A DNA stretch of 28,210 nucleotides from Chthoniobacteraceae bacterium (GTDB lineage: Bacteria > Verrucomicrobiota > Verrucomicrobiia > Chthoniobacterales > Chthoniobacteraceae), in assembly GCA_031409655.1 (NCBI GenBank), contig JANNXQ010000140.1, positions 1 to 28,210 on the forward strand, given 5' to 3'. Under the pieces are notes generated by a model that saw nothing but the letters and a program-made list of their open reading frames with translations, was not told where the DNA came from and made no database searches. The first letter of the stretch is position 1, and every line of letters starts with the position of its first letter. Shown in pieces: positions 15,167-25,382 of the stretch. The position numbers and the translations under genes are program-made.

Positions 15167-16705
15167 TCAATCCGCCGCGAGAACGGATGGAACCCGGAGA
15201 ATAAAGAGCTTCTCGATCGTCTCCTGAAAGGCCGCGTCCGCTTGCTCGGCGGTCTGGTAGCCAGACACCACGAGTTCGGCGACTTGCTGGCCGAGATTGC
15301 GCTCCCGCCAAAGGACTGCCTGCACGCTGGCCCGGTGCGGCGACTCCGAAAGTGTCCCGTGTCGCGAAGGGCGAGGGGCCCGGATCTGCCAGACGCCGTA
15401 GTAAACAAAGACGGGGCGACCTTCCTGCTGGAAGGTATAGGCGCGGAAGTTCAGCGGGATCCCGGCTCCGCGCACTTCGAGCGGCCCGCGATCAGCGGTG
15501 AGCTTCATCCCGATCGCCGAGAGGCAGATCTCTGGACGGTGGGTGGTGGCGAGGACGCGCGAGGCCGTCGGGCCGGGATCCCACTCGAGGAAAAAGAGCG
15601 TCCAGCGGCTGCCGCTCGCGTCCAGCCAGGTGGCAGCCGTGGTGTCATCGCAGCGAAGCTGGCCAGCGGCGACACTGCCGATATCGACTGGCTCACTGCC
15701 TGGCACCGGCACGAGACCCCAGTGACTCTCCGGCGGTCTGCCGCTGTCGTGGAACCACCATTCTGTCCCGATGATCGTCGCGGCGATCCAGACCGTCAGG
15801 GCGACGAGGAAAGCGATGGGCAAGGGCTGCGCGGGCGGCGTCCGCGTCGCCTCCCAGGGAGCCGGGGTGTTCCGACTCAGGAGCAACCCGGCGAGGTAAA
15901 CGATCAGGAGACAGACGGTGAGGATCGCAAACCCAGCGGGATCATGCCACTTCGCGACCGCGGCGAGGCCGTCCCGAGCGGCGTTCCAGGCGAGGAAAAA
16001 GGTGCGCGCCACATTCGTCACCAGCGCCGCGGTGAGGCCGACCGCGAGCAGGAGCGCCCGCTTTTGCCAGCCAAAGCGAAAGAGTTCCCCGAAAAAGAGC
16101 GAACCCATCAACGCCGCCTGGAGCGACCGCACTCCGCTGCACGCCTCCTCCACGCCGAGCAACCCGGATCTGATCTCAATGACATTGCCGTGCTGGACCG
16201 CCGCCACTCCTGCGATCGTCAGGAGTTCCACCGTCGTGGAAGCGACGACCCGCATCAAATTGTGGGTGAGCGGGATCTCCACGACATGAGGGCAAGGCAC
16301 CGCAGTGAAGAGGAAGCAGATTGGAAAGGCGAAATGCCACAGCCACTTCGTTCCGCCTGCCCAAGCGACAATCCCTAGCGTCAAGAGCACCACCTCGACG
16401 GCCATCAGCCAGCCGCAAAGGCTCCAGTCTGGGCTCGGCTGGACGAACAGCCAGGTCGGAAGAAAGGCGAGCGCCGCGAGCGTCGCGACCACCCCTCCAA
16501 ACCTCAGCGGAACTCCCGGCGCCGGCCGCGTCCGCCAGCGCGCAGCGGCCGCATAGACTCCAAAAAACGGGACCAGATAGCCATAGCTATAGACCGGATT
16601 CACGGACCAGTGGACCGAGAGATTCCGGCAAACGAGAAACCAGACCACGCCGAGAAGCGCCCAAGTCCAGAGCCACCGCGCGCGGGCGCGCCGAACGTCA
16701 GACAT
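15167..16705 (-). CDS. Exosortase family protein with C-terminal EpsI-like domain
   Basis: Multi-TM protein with VEEACSGVRSL (Cys), NVART (Arg), WHDPAG (His) and a later HRPEIC motif. The start is placed at ATG 16705. Confidence 0.9.
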   Translation of the reverse strand: MSDVRRARARWLWTWALLGVVWFLVCRNLSVHWSVNPVYSYGYLVPFFGVYAAAARWRTRPAPGVPLRFGGVVATLAALAFLPTWLFVQPSPDWSLCGWLMAVEVVLLTLGIVAWAGGTKWLWHFAFPICFLFTAVPCPHVVEIPLTHNLMRVVASTTVELLTIAGVAAVQHGNVIEIRSGLLGVEEACSGVRSLQAALMGSLFFGELFRFGWQKRALLLAVGLTAALVTNVARTFFLAWNAARDGLAAVAKWHDPAGFAILTVCLLIVYLAGLLLSRNTPAPWEATRTPPAQPLPIAFLVALTVWIAATIIGTEWWFHDSGRPPESHWGLVPVPGSEPVDIGSVAAGQLRCDDTTAATWLDASGSRWTLFFLEWDPGPTASRVLATTHRPEICLSAIGMKLTADRGPLEVRGAGIPLNFRAYTFQQEGRPVFVYYGVWQIRAPRPSRHGTLSESPHRASVQAVLWRERNLGQQVAELVVSGYQTAEQADAAFQETIEKLFILRVPSVLAAD

Positions 16706-16902
16706 GACGGAAATTGCCGTGATGACGGTGAAGCGTAGCCATGGACTTATAGAGCATGAACCCTCCCACGTGGGAAGTTCGACGAGTCTCACCCGGGAAT
16801 CCGGAAAGACCAACCCTCAGACCGCCTCCAACTGCGTCGCCTCGTGACGCACCCAAAATCTTCGTAGCAACCGACTCCGCCCACCCGTCACCAGGCCGCG
16901 GA

Positions 16903-17097
16903 CTAGAACCGCTTTCCCGTCAACACCCCGTCCGCACCAAAGGTCGCGATGACCCGATTTTCAGCCACTGGCGCTGGAAAAACCTCACCTGCGAGTTCCC
17001 GCAACTCTTTCTCAAACCCCGCTAAAACGTGCTTCATGTCAAACCGCTGCACGAACACCAAAGCGGCCTGTCCCATATCTTCCAATGTGGGAGGGGC
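16903..17097 (-). pseudogene. Detached C-terminal tail of the upstream WcaI-like glycosyltransferase
   Basis: Reads PPTLEDMGQAALVFVQRFDMKHVLAGFEKEL, the usual terminal helices of GT4 enzymes, which are missing from the 17247-18446 ORF. Confidence 0.65.
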
Positions 17098-17246
17098 GTC
17101 TGGCGGGGGGATTATCGCTAGCGATGTTTTTGCCACGATTTGAGCAAGGATGCGGAATTCTCAGGGTTGGGGGCGAGAAAGTCTTGGTGCATAGTACATG
17201 CCGAAGTGGGGATAAGCCAAAAGTATTTCGCATTTTTCCAAAGCGC

Positions 17247-18446
17247 CTACACGCCGAGGAGCGTTTGCTCCGAGGGCCTGTAGCCACCTTGGTCGGTCGC
17301 GAGCGTCCGAATCGCCCTAGCGAGAGCTTCCGGGCAATTTGGCGGAATATTCATCCCAAAACGCCCCTCGATCGTCGCCCTGGCCAGTTCGCTCGCCTCG
17401 TCGGCAACCGTCAGCACGGGCTTCGCAACGGCGAGCGAGGTCAGCAGCTTGCTGGGGAAAAAGAACGATCCTGTGCCTTCCTGCTGCGTGATCACCGAGC
17501 AATCCGCATCCGCCAGCATCTCGCGGTAGGCATCCTCCGGCTGCAACGACAGTAGGATGACATTATCGAGATCATACTTCCGAATCAATTCCGCCAGATA
17601 CGCCCGCCGCGCCCCATCGCCTGCGATGACAATCTTCACCGGGCGCACGCTGCCAGAATCCATCGACTCCGCAGCGTGGGCCGGCATTTCGTCCCAATCG
17701 CGGAGCAATCGCGCCGCCTCGACGAGCACTTCGAGCCCCTGTTTTACGCCGAGATTTCCCGAATACATCGCAAGGAATGCGGACTCGGGAATGTCATGGC
17801 GGCCCCTAAAAGCTCCCCGCGGTGGAAGCTCGATCGGCAATTTCACGCCATTCGGGAAATAGAGGATCTTCTCCGCCGGCACGCCTTTCTCCCGAAATTT
17901 CCCCAACATCCCGAGACTGATCCCCGAAACCCTCGACGCCCGCGAGTAGGCGAAAGCCTCCATCTTGTAGAGAATGCGGGTCAAAAGGCCCGGGCGCACC
18001 ATCCCGAGACCGACCGCTGCATCCGGTTGCAAATCCTGCACATGGAAAACGAAAGGCACACCTTTCACCAAACTGGCAAACCAAGCTGCGATCCCGAGCG
18101 GGAGCGGAGGCGAAACGACCACAAAAAGATCGGGCTTCGGCAAAGCCAAAACTCGGAGCAGGGATACCACTACGAAACTGGCCTCGTGCATCATCCGCCG
18201 CAACGGCCCCACAACCTTCGGAACATAGAGCCAGCAACGCCGGATGACGACGCCATTCTCCACTTCCGTGCGAAACCAGCAGCCGAGATCCGAGTCCCGC
18301 TTCCGCCACTCCGGGTAGTAGGGGAATCCCGTAATCACACCCACCGCATGCCCCTGCTCCGCCAAATACTCGCACAGCGCCCGATTAAACGGCGCGATCC
18401 CGGTCAGTTCCGGCGCATAGTTGATTCCCCAAACGGCAATTTTCAT
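17247..18446 (-). CDS. wcaI: WcaI-like GT4 glycosyltransferase (C-terminally truncated)
   Basis: GINYAPELTGIAP, PYYPEW, HVQDLQPDAA, YSGNLGVKQGLE and FPSKL motifs. It ends abnormally after ...RTLATD. Confidence 0.85.
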   Translation of the reverse strand: MKIAVWGINYAPELTGIAPFNRALCEYLAEQGHAVGVITGFPYYPEWRKRDSDLGCWFRTEVENGVVIRRCWLYVPKVVGPLRRMMHEASFVVVSLLRVLALPKPDLFVVVSPPLPLGIAAWFASLVKGVPFVFHVQDLQPDAAVGLGMVRPGLLTRILYKMEAFAYSRASRVSGISLGMLGKFREKGVPAEKILYFPNGVKLPIELPPRGAFRGRHDIPESAFLAMYSGNLGVKQGLEVLVEAARLLRDWDEMPAHAAESMDSGSVRPVKIVIAGDGARRAYLAELIRKYDLDNVILLSLQPEDAYREMLADADCSVITQQEGTGSFFFPSKLLTSLAVAKPVLTVADEASELARATIEGRFGMNIPPNCPEALARAIRTLATDQGGYRPSEQTLLGV

Positions 18447-18473
18447 GCAAAGGTAGGCTGCGTGAGGAACGTG

Positions 18474-20081
18474 TCAGGTCGTGGCGGGTTTGGAAGCCAC
18501 ATCTTCGGACGGGCGAAACGCCTTTCTGGAACGCGCCTGAGCACCCGCCGACCAAAGCAAACCCAAAAGAACAACGACGTAGAGTTGGATCGAGGGGACT
18601 TGCAGCGGAAAATCAAAGAGCCCATGCAGTCCCACTCCAAAAATCGCCACCAGAGCGCCAGCAACCCTCCCTTCCTCCACACTGATCGAGCCCCCTGCCA
18701 TCCGAAACCGGCGCAACCGACACAACCCACCTCGGATCGCACCACCAATGACCAACGCCCATGCGACCGCACCCAGGACTCCCCATTCCACCACTGCCTG
18801 CAAGTAGTCCTGATGCGCAAATTGCATCTGGAGATAAAACGTGCGCATCAGGGGATCATTCGTGAAGTGCGGATACGCGCGGCTCCAACTACCTGGTCCG
18901 AAGCCGAGCAACCCTCCCTTCGGCACCATTTGCAAACAGAGCATCTTCACGAGTCGGCGATATCCAACAAGACGCCCCTGAGCCGTCGAATCACCGCCCG
19001 GCGAGTCGATCAACCCGTCCGCGCGCATCCGGAAATCCCCCTTCGGCTGCACTTCCGGCTTCGCAACCACCGGGACCGCAGTCCGCGAAACAACCTGCAG
19101 ATCGTGCCAGCGGGCCTTCAGCCCAGGCCACTTTTTCCCAAAAACAACCACCCCACCAATCGCGCACCCACAGATGGCAGCCACAATGCAGAACCGCAGC
19201 ACCATGGGTACTAGATAGCGAGCAGGCAGCCTCCAAAGCACCCACCCCAGCAAGAGCGCCATGAGGATCGCCGCATTTACCACTCCAAACACTGAAACTT
19301 GGGCGGCCAATCCGGAAAGGCCTATGACAAAAACCGCCACCCACAGCCCCGTAATTCGCCGGTCCTTCCTCTCCATTGCACCCGCCACACTGATGCGCGC
19401 AACAAGAACTCCGGCCGCAAGGGGCCAAACCAAATTGAGAAAGGACGCGGCATTCGTGTGTTGAAAAAACGTCGCAAAAAAATAACCCGTGAAGGGAACC
19501 TTCATATCCCAAAGAATTGCCGGCGCCTTGAGCTGAACCTGAACTATTCCTAGCAAGGATATCGAAGCGCCAACACACACGAGTGTATTGTAACTCGAAC
19601 TCCGGCGCCAAGCTCCCGTCGAAGGGTCGGAAACGAGTAACAATGCGCCGAACAGGCCCGAGAACAGCCACATCGTTTCCACAGGACTTTTCACGATAAA
19701 ACTTCCCGGCCAGCGTTGAGAAAGGTCAGCGAAGTGTTTCGTATTGAATGGGTCAGCCTCAATCCGCGCCCCTGTCAAAACAACCAACCATCCCGATAGA
19801 AAGAGGAATAGAATTGGCAGCGCCAAATAGCGATCTACCGACACAACACGCCGCTTAAACCAAGCCGCAGAAACCCAGCCAGCCGTGACAACGGTGAGGA
19901 CTTGGCACAGGACTACTAGCGCCCAATGCCTTGTGCTCCCATACATCCACGGAGCAGCGATGAGTGCGGCCTGCAAAGCAAACCACGCCCCTGACTGCAA
20001 CCCGTCAGCTGCTCGCATCCATCCTCCGACCTCTCGGAGCGGCACCACAACTTCAGCCGCTACTGAAGACTTCCGCTTCAT
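18474..20081 (-). CDS. O-antigen ligase/polymerase (Wzy_C) family membrane protein
   Basis: Many TM segments, with FATF..TN, GFGPGSW, AHQDYLQ...EWG and HGLFDFPLQ motifs. Confidence 0.85.
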   Translation of the reverse strand: MKRKSSVAAEVVVPLREVGGWMRAADGLQSGAWFALQAALIAAPWMYGSTRHWALVVLCQVLTVVTAGWVSAAWFKRRVVSVDRYLALPILFLFLSGWLVVLTGARIEADPFNTKHFADLSQRWPGSFIVKSPVETMWLFSGLFGALLLVSDPSTGAWRRSSSYNTLVCVGASISLLGIVQVQLKAPAILWDMKVPFTGYFFATFFQHTNAASFLNLVWPLAAGVLVARISVAGAMERKDRRITGLWVAVFVIGLSGLAAQVSVFGVVNAAILMALLLGWVLWRLPARYLVPMVLRFCIVAAICGCAIGGVVVFGKKWPGLKARWHDLQVVSRTAVPVVAKPEVQPKGDFRMRADGLIDSPGGDSTAQGRLVGYRRLVKMLCLQMVPKGGLLGFGPGSWSRAYPHFTNDPLMRTFYLQMQFAHQDYLQAVVEWGVLGAVAWALVIGGAIRGGLCRLRRFRMAGGSISVEEGRVAGALVAIFGVGLHGLFDFPLQVPSIQLYVVVLLGLLWSAGAQARSRKAFRPSEDVASKPATT

Positions 20082-20134
20082 GATGAGTGAACTTGGGACA
20101 CGTGACCCTCAAGACTTAACGATGCGCGCGGAGG

Positions 20135-20150
20135 TGCCATTTCCGTGCCA
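20135..20150 (-). promoter_or_regulatory. Candidate sigma-54 promoter for the ligase-wcaI genes
   Basis: The minus strand reads TGGCACG-GAAA-TGGCA (GG-N10-GC) in the short intergenic gap upstream of 20081. Confidence 0.5.
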
Positions 20151-20155
20151 CTGAA

Positions 20156-22642
20156 TCATCGCACCAACGAAGGGCGAACTGTGACCAAGGCGGCTCCCAA
20201 CCTCGGTACATCGGAGGACATCTCAAAAAAAATAGATTTGAACGTTGCGGTTCCCAGAAGATTCCTTGAAGTGCTCAATTCCATAGTGAGGGGCGGTGCA
20301 CCGGGGCGATCGTGAGGAGTGAAGCCTTCCCAACGCTTGGTCCGTGAACTCCAACTTGACGCCTCAACGATCACTCTATCACTACCCGTCCTGCGGAGAA
20401 CGAGCCGGAACTTCGCCTCCGTAGAGACATCGAAAAAATTCTCCACGGGCACTTCTACGGGGTGCTCAACGCCCTGCTCTGCTAACAGTTCGCCACCAAC
20501 GCTCAAAAGGGAAACCCCGCCCGGTCGAACGATTAGCGACACGTGCGCACGATCATGCCTCCCACCCTTCCCGGGATCGGTAAAGCAAAGATGCATGGCG
20601 ACCTTGCTCCTTTCCTCTCCTACGGAGCGATCTGAACTAAACGACCAATAAACCGCCACATCCCCTTGCCGTAAATCCGCCGGATCATCGAAATTAAATC
20701 CCACCTCCCTTCGAACATCGTTCCCTAGTCGGAACGTCAATGGCTTTTCGCTTCGAACGTCGTCGTCACCAACAATATCCCCTCTTTCAAAAGTCTTCAC
20801 AAACACCGGACGCTCAGTCGGGCTTATTTGAAATTTCCGTTTCGCTTCAATCAACAGAGTCCAATCGCGCGTGCGAACCTCTTCCCCAGACATAGTGGGA
20901 CTTCGGTCGTGCCTGCTCCGCTTTCCCCCAATCGCTTTTGCTGGCGCAAAGTACGATTCAAGAATTCTTCCCATCAAGTGCTTTCCGATCTCAGCGGGGT
21001 GGATCCAATCCCGAGTCCAAAATCCGTAAGGCACCCCATCCGCCGCAGTTGCCGGGCCCGAATTTGCCGCGGAGGCAGCCCGGTATATGAATTCACTTAG
21101 GATTCCCATCATGTCGAGAAATCCTATTCCATTCGCCTCAGCAAACCTTAAGAGTTGTCCCCGCATGTCATTTGGAACACTAGGGTTCATCGCAACCTCT
21201 TGATTAAGCTCACGCATATCTGATGAAAAACGCGGTCCCTTTTGTTTCACTACAGTAGAACCCCAGCCACACGTCAAAATAAGCATTTCCGTTTTCTTCC
21301 TTGCAGCATTATCATTCACCCTCACTTCCTTCACAAGGTTTTGCAAAACTGGCATATCATCCTCATCCAACATGCCTCCGAAGACTATTAAGTCCGGTTT
21401 ATAGCTCGTAAGCAAACCCTTCAAATTTTGACTGCCTCCCGTTTTGCTCATTTCATGAATGAAGAGCGGAATTATTTCAACAGCGCTACCTGGATAGGAT
21501 CGTTCGAAAAAGAGATCAATCGGAGCGTTGGCTAGTTCTTGTTGAATTTCGTCGCCAATGACCACAATCCGCACTTTTTGGTGTCCGTTGAGTTTTGCCA
21601 TCACCCGTGGAATCCTTTCCCACCGTTTCTCCCCAGGCGTGTAGTTCAACGGCAATGGGACGCGCCCATAGAACCCGTCGGCCCATCCTGCTACCTCGGC
21701 TTTAGTCACCTTTTCAAGGACGAGTTCATCGACGAAGAACTGGTCTCGTTCATCGGCCTCAAGTCGGATCTTCAGGCCCATTGGTTTAAGATTTCCGTCC
21801 GAGTCCATCGAAGGCTGTGTTCGAAACCAAAATTCGTTCATCCGCCACCGCGTTGCCCGCTGCACTTCAAAGAGGAGGCCCGGACCGACGGGTTTCCCAC
21901 TACCATCAGAGAAGACGATCACACATCCACGAGCCTCATTGCTAGGGGGCGGAGGCACTCCGCCTAGTCCTTTTGAGCGAAACGCGAGTCGAAACCATCC
22001 TCCCACAACTCCCTCAACTAAGCGGCTTTCCCAGTTTGCACCACGCACCGAAAGCGCTGCCCTGCCAGAAACGTGCTCCGCTTCCGTCCAATCAGCACCC
22101 GGGCCTGATGCGCTCCATCCTGAGAGGAGGGGGTTGGCTTCAAAATCAGCGTAAATTGCGACGGCTGATTCTCGATTTCTAAGCGGTATTAACTTCCAAT
22201 CAATGGCATACCCGAGCAACACAACACAAAGGGTCAGCAAAAACGAACATACTCCACTTATCGAGCGGCGACTATTCTTTCCCTCCAGCGCACCATAACT
22301 ATATTTAGAATGACTTTGAACACCTTGAGCTTTTGAAGTCTCCTTCGGTTTCCTACTATCATCAAGCTCCTCCCCTCTACAACTATTTTCCGGAGAGGCG
22401 TCTGCAATTCCTTCTCCAAGAATAGGCACTGAAGGACTGGGCGATGAGCAACTTTCAAAACTCAACTTTTCTGTTTCCCGATTAAAAAACTCTTCCGCTA
22501 GTTCTTTGCTTTCGAACCTTCGGCGCCATCGCTTTCCCTCGTTCTTTGAAGGCCCCGATACTATCCACTCGGCATGCTCCGCATTCGATGCAGGATAAAG
22601 CTTTAGGTTAGAGGCGGATTTGCTCCCGGGGATATGTTGCAT
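20156..22642 (-). CDS. Large hypothetical membrane-anchored protein with CBM-like and SGNH-like domains
   Basis: 828-aa ORF in AT-richer DNA with one TM helix (~aa 128-150), a beta-rich domain, then VRIVVIGDEI...PDLIVFGG...DWIHP (SGNH-like blocks). Confidence 0.75.
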   Translation of the reverse strand: MQHIPGSKSASNLKLYPASNAEHAEWIVSGPSKNEGKRWRRRFESKELAEEFFNRETEKLSFESCSSPSPSVPILGEGIADASPENSCRGEELDDSRKPKETSKAQGVQSHSKYSYGALEGKNSRRSISGVCSFLLTLCVVLLGYAIDWKLIPLRNRESAVAIYADFEANPLLSGWSASGPGADWTEAEHVSGRAALSVRGANWESRLVEGVVGGWFRLAFRSKGLGGVPPPPSNEARGCVIVFSDGSGKPVGPGLLFEVQRATRWRMNEFWFRTQPSMDSDGNLKPMGLKIRLEADERDQFFVDELVLEKVTKAEVAGWADGFYGRVPLPLNYTPGEKRWERIPRVMAKLNGHQKVRIVVIGDEIQQELANAPIDLFFERSYPGSAVEIIPLFIHEMSKTGGSQNLKGLLTSYKPDLIVFGGMLDEDDMPVLQNLVKEVRVNDNAARKKTEMLILTCGWGSTVVKQKGPRFSSDMRELNQEVAMNPSVPNDMRGQLLRFAEANGIGFLDMMGILSEFIYRAASAANSGPATAADGVPYGFWTRDWIHPAEIGKHLMGRILESYFAPAKAIGGKRSRHDRSPTMSGEEVRTRDWTLLIEAKRKFQISPTERPVFVKTFERGDIVGDDDVRSEKPLTFRLGNDVRREVGFNFDDPADLRQGDVAVYWSFSSDRSVGEERSKVAMHLCFTDPGKGGRHDRAHVSLIVRPGGVSLLSVGGELLAEQGVEHPVEVPVENFFDVSTEAKFRLVLRRTGSDRVIVEASSWSSRTKRWEGFTPHDRPGAPPLTMELSTSRNLLGTATFKSIFFEMSSDVPRLGAALVTVRPSLVR

Positions 22643-22779
22643 ACTTTCGGCAAAATGTGAGTAGCGCTTTTTTAAGCTGTGAGCTTACTAGAAATGAGGC
22701 CAAAGAACTTCTTTGGAGGATCAGCGGTTTGCTTTTTTTCTTAGGATGCTGGGTGCGATGGCGGTTGCCCGCCTCAAGC

Positions 22780-24042
22780 TGGGCTTGCCCCGGTTTGGAG
22801 GACACCCGGGGAGCGGTGCGGTGGGATGAGCACCGAACGATGAACAAAACCAAGAACCAAACGAGTGCGCCCGAGTGCGCACCGCAGAGCAAGCGCTACG
22901 ACAAAGCGTTCAAACGCTAATCCGTCGAGCACTGGCTGCCCGGCGGTCAGAGCGGTGGCCTGATCGCCAAACAGGACGTGAGTGCGCCGGCGCTCAAGGA
23001 GCGGAAGCGACGCTACGCTGGGAAAGCGGAGCCCAGCCACCCGAGACTGGAACACGAGAACCGGGGTTTCAAAGCTGAACTGGCGCGGGTACGCGAGCAG
23101 CGCGACATCCTAAAAAAATCCTTGGCATCCTCTGCGAGACGCCTTCGCCCGCTATGAGCGGGTCGAAGCGATGAAGGCCGAACACCCGGTGGGGGCGCTG
23201 TGTGCAGAGCTCCAGGTCAGCCGCAGCGGCTACTGCCGCTGGCAGCAGGCCGCTGCGAGTGCGTGTGCCGCGGAGCATGTCCTCATCAGTAGCCAGATCC
23301 ACACGGTGCATCGCGCGAACTGCGGCACTTACGGCAGTCCACGGGTGATGCGGGAACTGCGCCGCCGTGGGCACGCGCGCAGCCGCAAGCGGGTGGCCCG
23401 GCGGATGAAGGCCGAAGACCTGCGTGGGAGCCAGCCCTGCCGCTTCGTGCCGCAGACGACCCAGAGCGGGCACATTGAGCCGATCACCCCCAACCAAGTG
23501 GCCAAAGTGCCCAAGCCGACCGGGCGCGATCAAGTCTGGATCAGTGACATCACCTACGTGCGTACCGCCGATGGCTGGCTCTAGGTCGCCGCGATCATGG
23601 ATCTCTACAGCCGCCGCATCGTGGGCTGGGCCATCGGAGGCAGCATGGCCGCCGAACTGGCCTTGCGCGCCCTGGCCTTGGCGCTGCGTCACCGCTGTCC
23701 GCCCGCCCGGATGCTCTACCACAGCGATCGGGGCGTCCAGTATGCTTGTGGCGACTTCTGTGTGGCGCTCGCCGACGCGCAGCTCGTCTCGAGCATGAGC
23801 CGCAAGGGCAACTGCTACGACAACGCCGCCATGGAGAGCTTTTGGAGCACCTTCAAACGCGAGGGCGCCGGCCAGCTTTTCGCCTCCCGCCGCGACCTTC
23901 GACTACCTCGAAACCTTCTACAACCGTGTGCGGCTCCACAGCGCGCGCGGTTACCAATTCCCTGTGGACTTCGAAAACAAACGCAACTAAACCACTAACC
24001 CACCGCACCGCCCCGGGTTTCCACCAAACCGGGGCAAGCCCA
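22780..24042 (+). mobile_element. IS3-family element, degenerate
   Basis: TG...CA ends with long inverted repeats 22780-22825 / 23999-24042 (TGGGCTTGCCCCGGTTTGG...). It carries orfA/orfB remnants and an A7 slippery run at 23112-23118. Confidence 0.92.
22840..23990 (+). pseudogene. IS3 transposase orfA/orfB pseudogene
   Basis: orfA has an in-frame TAA at 22918-22920. orfB (YGSPR, WISDITY, HSDRGVQY, DNAAMESFW) has TAG at 23582-23584 and a frame disruption near 23870-23900. Confidence 0.9.
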
Positions 24043-24095
24043 GAGGCCAATATAGGTGTGGAATTTTGAACAGCCTGCTTCGATCGAAGTTTCGG

Positions 24096-24806
24096 CTACT
24101 TTATGCTTGATGGCTTCCGCAGGACTATCCATGCAAAACTTGTGAACATCCCAATGCGGTGTTCAAGCATCCTTTCTCGAAACCATCCGTGTATGTTTCT
24201 TAGAATTGGGAAGCTGTCGTAGTAGCCATGTCCGAAAAAGCCTGAATATTCCATTACTTCATATCCAAGTTCCGCGAAGCGTTGCACACTTCGGGGATTC
24301 GGCCCGACGCACCACCTATAATAAGCCGGGAATTTTCCCCTGTCTCTTCTTTCCTTGTTGAGAAACAGAGCGGCTGTCCAATTTGGCAAAAGCCAATTTA
24401 CAACGAAAGGAAGAGCATAAAGTGTTGGGAAAAAATGTACAGCCATGCCCCCCGGCCTAAGTGCACGGAAAACATTCGTGTGCAATCCAGCGGCATCATA
24501 AACATGCTCAGCCATAAATCTCGAGAACACAAAATCGAACTCCTTTGGAAAGGATATGTTCGCTGCAGCTATATCCATTTGGCACTTGCTGTATCCTTTT
24601 GGCGCGCACGCGAGTTCCTCTTTGGATATATCTAGAACGGTGTAATCAAGTTTCTCATTTAAAATATATTCTAGATTAAACATCGGTTGCGCGCCTCCCC
24701 CAACGTCCAGAATGCTGAAAAATCCATTCGTCTTGACAATTTGCTTCAGAACTTCTGGGTAACTTTCGTAGGCTTCTTCCGTTTTGCCGTATTTGATTTC
24801 TAACAT
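24096..24806 (-). CDS. Class I SAM-dependent methyltransferase
   Basis: ILDVGGG motif I, FDFVFS...EHV and LRPGG motifs, with AT-rich codon usage. Confidence 0.88.
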   Translation of the reverse strand: MLEIKYGKTEEAYESYPEVLKQIVKTNGFFSILDVGGGAQPMFNLEYILNEKLDYTVLDISKEELACAPKGYSKCQMDIAAANISFPKEFDFVFSRFMAEHVYDAAGLHTNVFRALRPGGMAVHFFPTLYALPFVVNWLLPNWTAALFLNKERRDRGKFPAYYRWCVGPNPRSVQRFAELGYEVMEYSGFFGHGYYDSFPILRNIHGWFRERMLEHRIGMFTSFAWIVLRKPSSIK

Positions 24807-25382
24807 GTTGCAGATGCTTGCACGTTCCTAAGGCTTTCTTGAATTTGAGTAAATTAGAGTGAGGTCGCTTGACTAAAAGAGTATTTTGAATCCTGTCCGG
24901 GGTCCATTATTTTAAGGCTTTACGAGTCCAGCAATTGAGCGGGGAATCGAAAAAAGTGACATAATCACGAAGCCAACCGAGTGATGAGCCAATAATCTTT
25001 CTCGGCTTTCGAATCAGTTCCTCCGAGAGGTTTCCGTTAGGTTTGGGATTTGGGTCGTGAATTTATCCGGAGGAGGGGTGCCGCCTGGCGTCTGCCTGAG
25101 CCTAGCAGAGGCAATTTACCGGGCGATGCTGCACAAATTTAAGTATCGTCTGGTAGTCGAAAAAAAGCGGAACTCACGATGCCTTTAGGTGTGGCGATGT
25201 TTTTTGTCGAGTTCTTTTGCTTAGCAAGCGAAAGAGAGAGCGTTTTTGATGATTCGATCGACTCATCGGCGCCGTCATAGCCGTTGTTGGTGTGTGAGGT
25301 GGACCCCGAAAATCGCGCCAGAGGTTAAGCTATAAAATGGCGGTGGGAGAGCGTGTAAAAACGCAGCACAAAACCACCGAAA

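Noticed and set aside
4966..19214. Long antisense ORFs (4966-6354, 6478-8412, 11521-12696, 12677-14170, 14195-16378, 17676-19214)
   Set aside because: These are shadow frames opposite well-supported genes, as expected in high-GC DNA.
24807..25294. AT-rich intergenic region as an ncRNA or ops/JUMPstart element
   Set aside because: No recognisable motif or convincing stable structure was found by eye.
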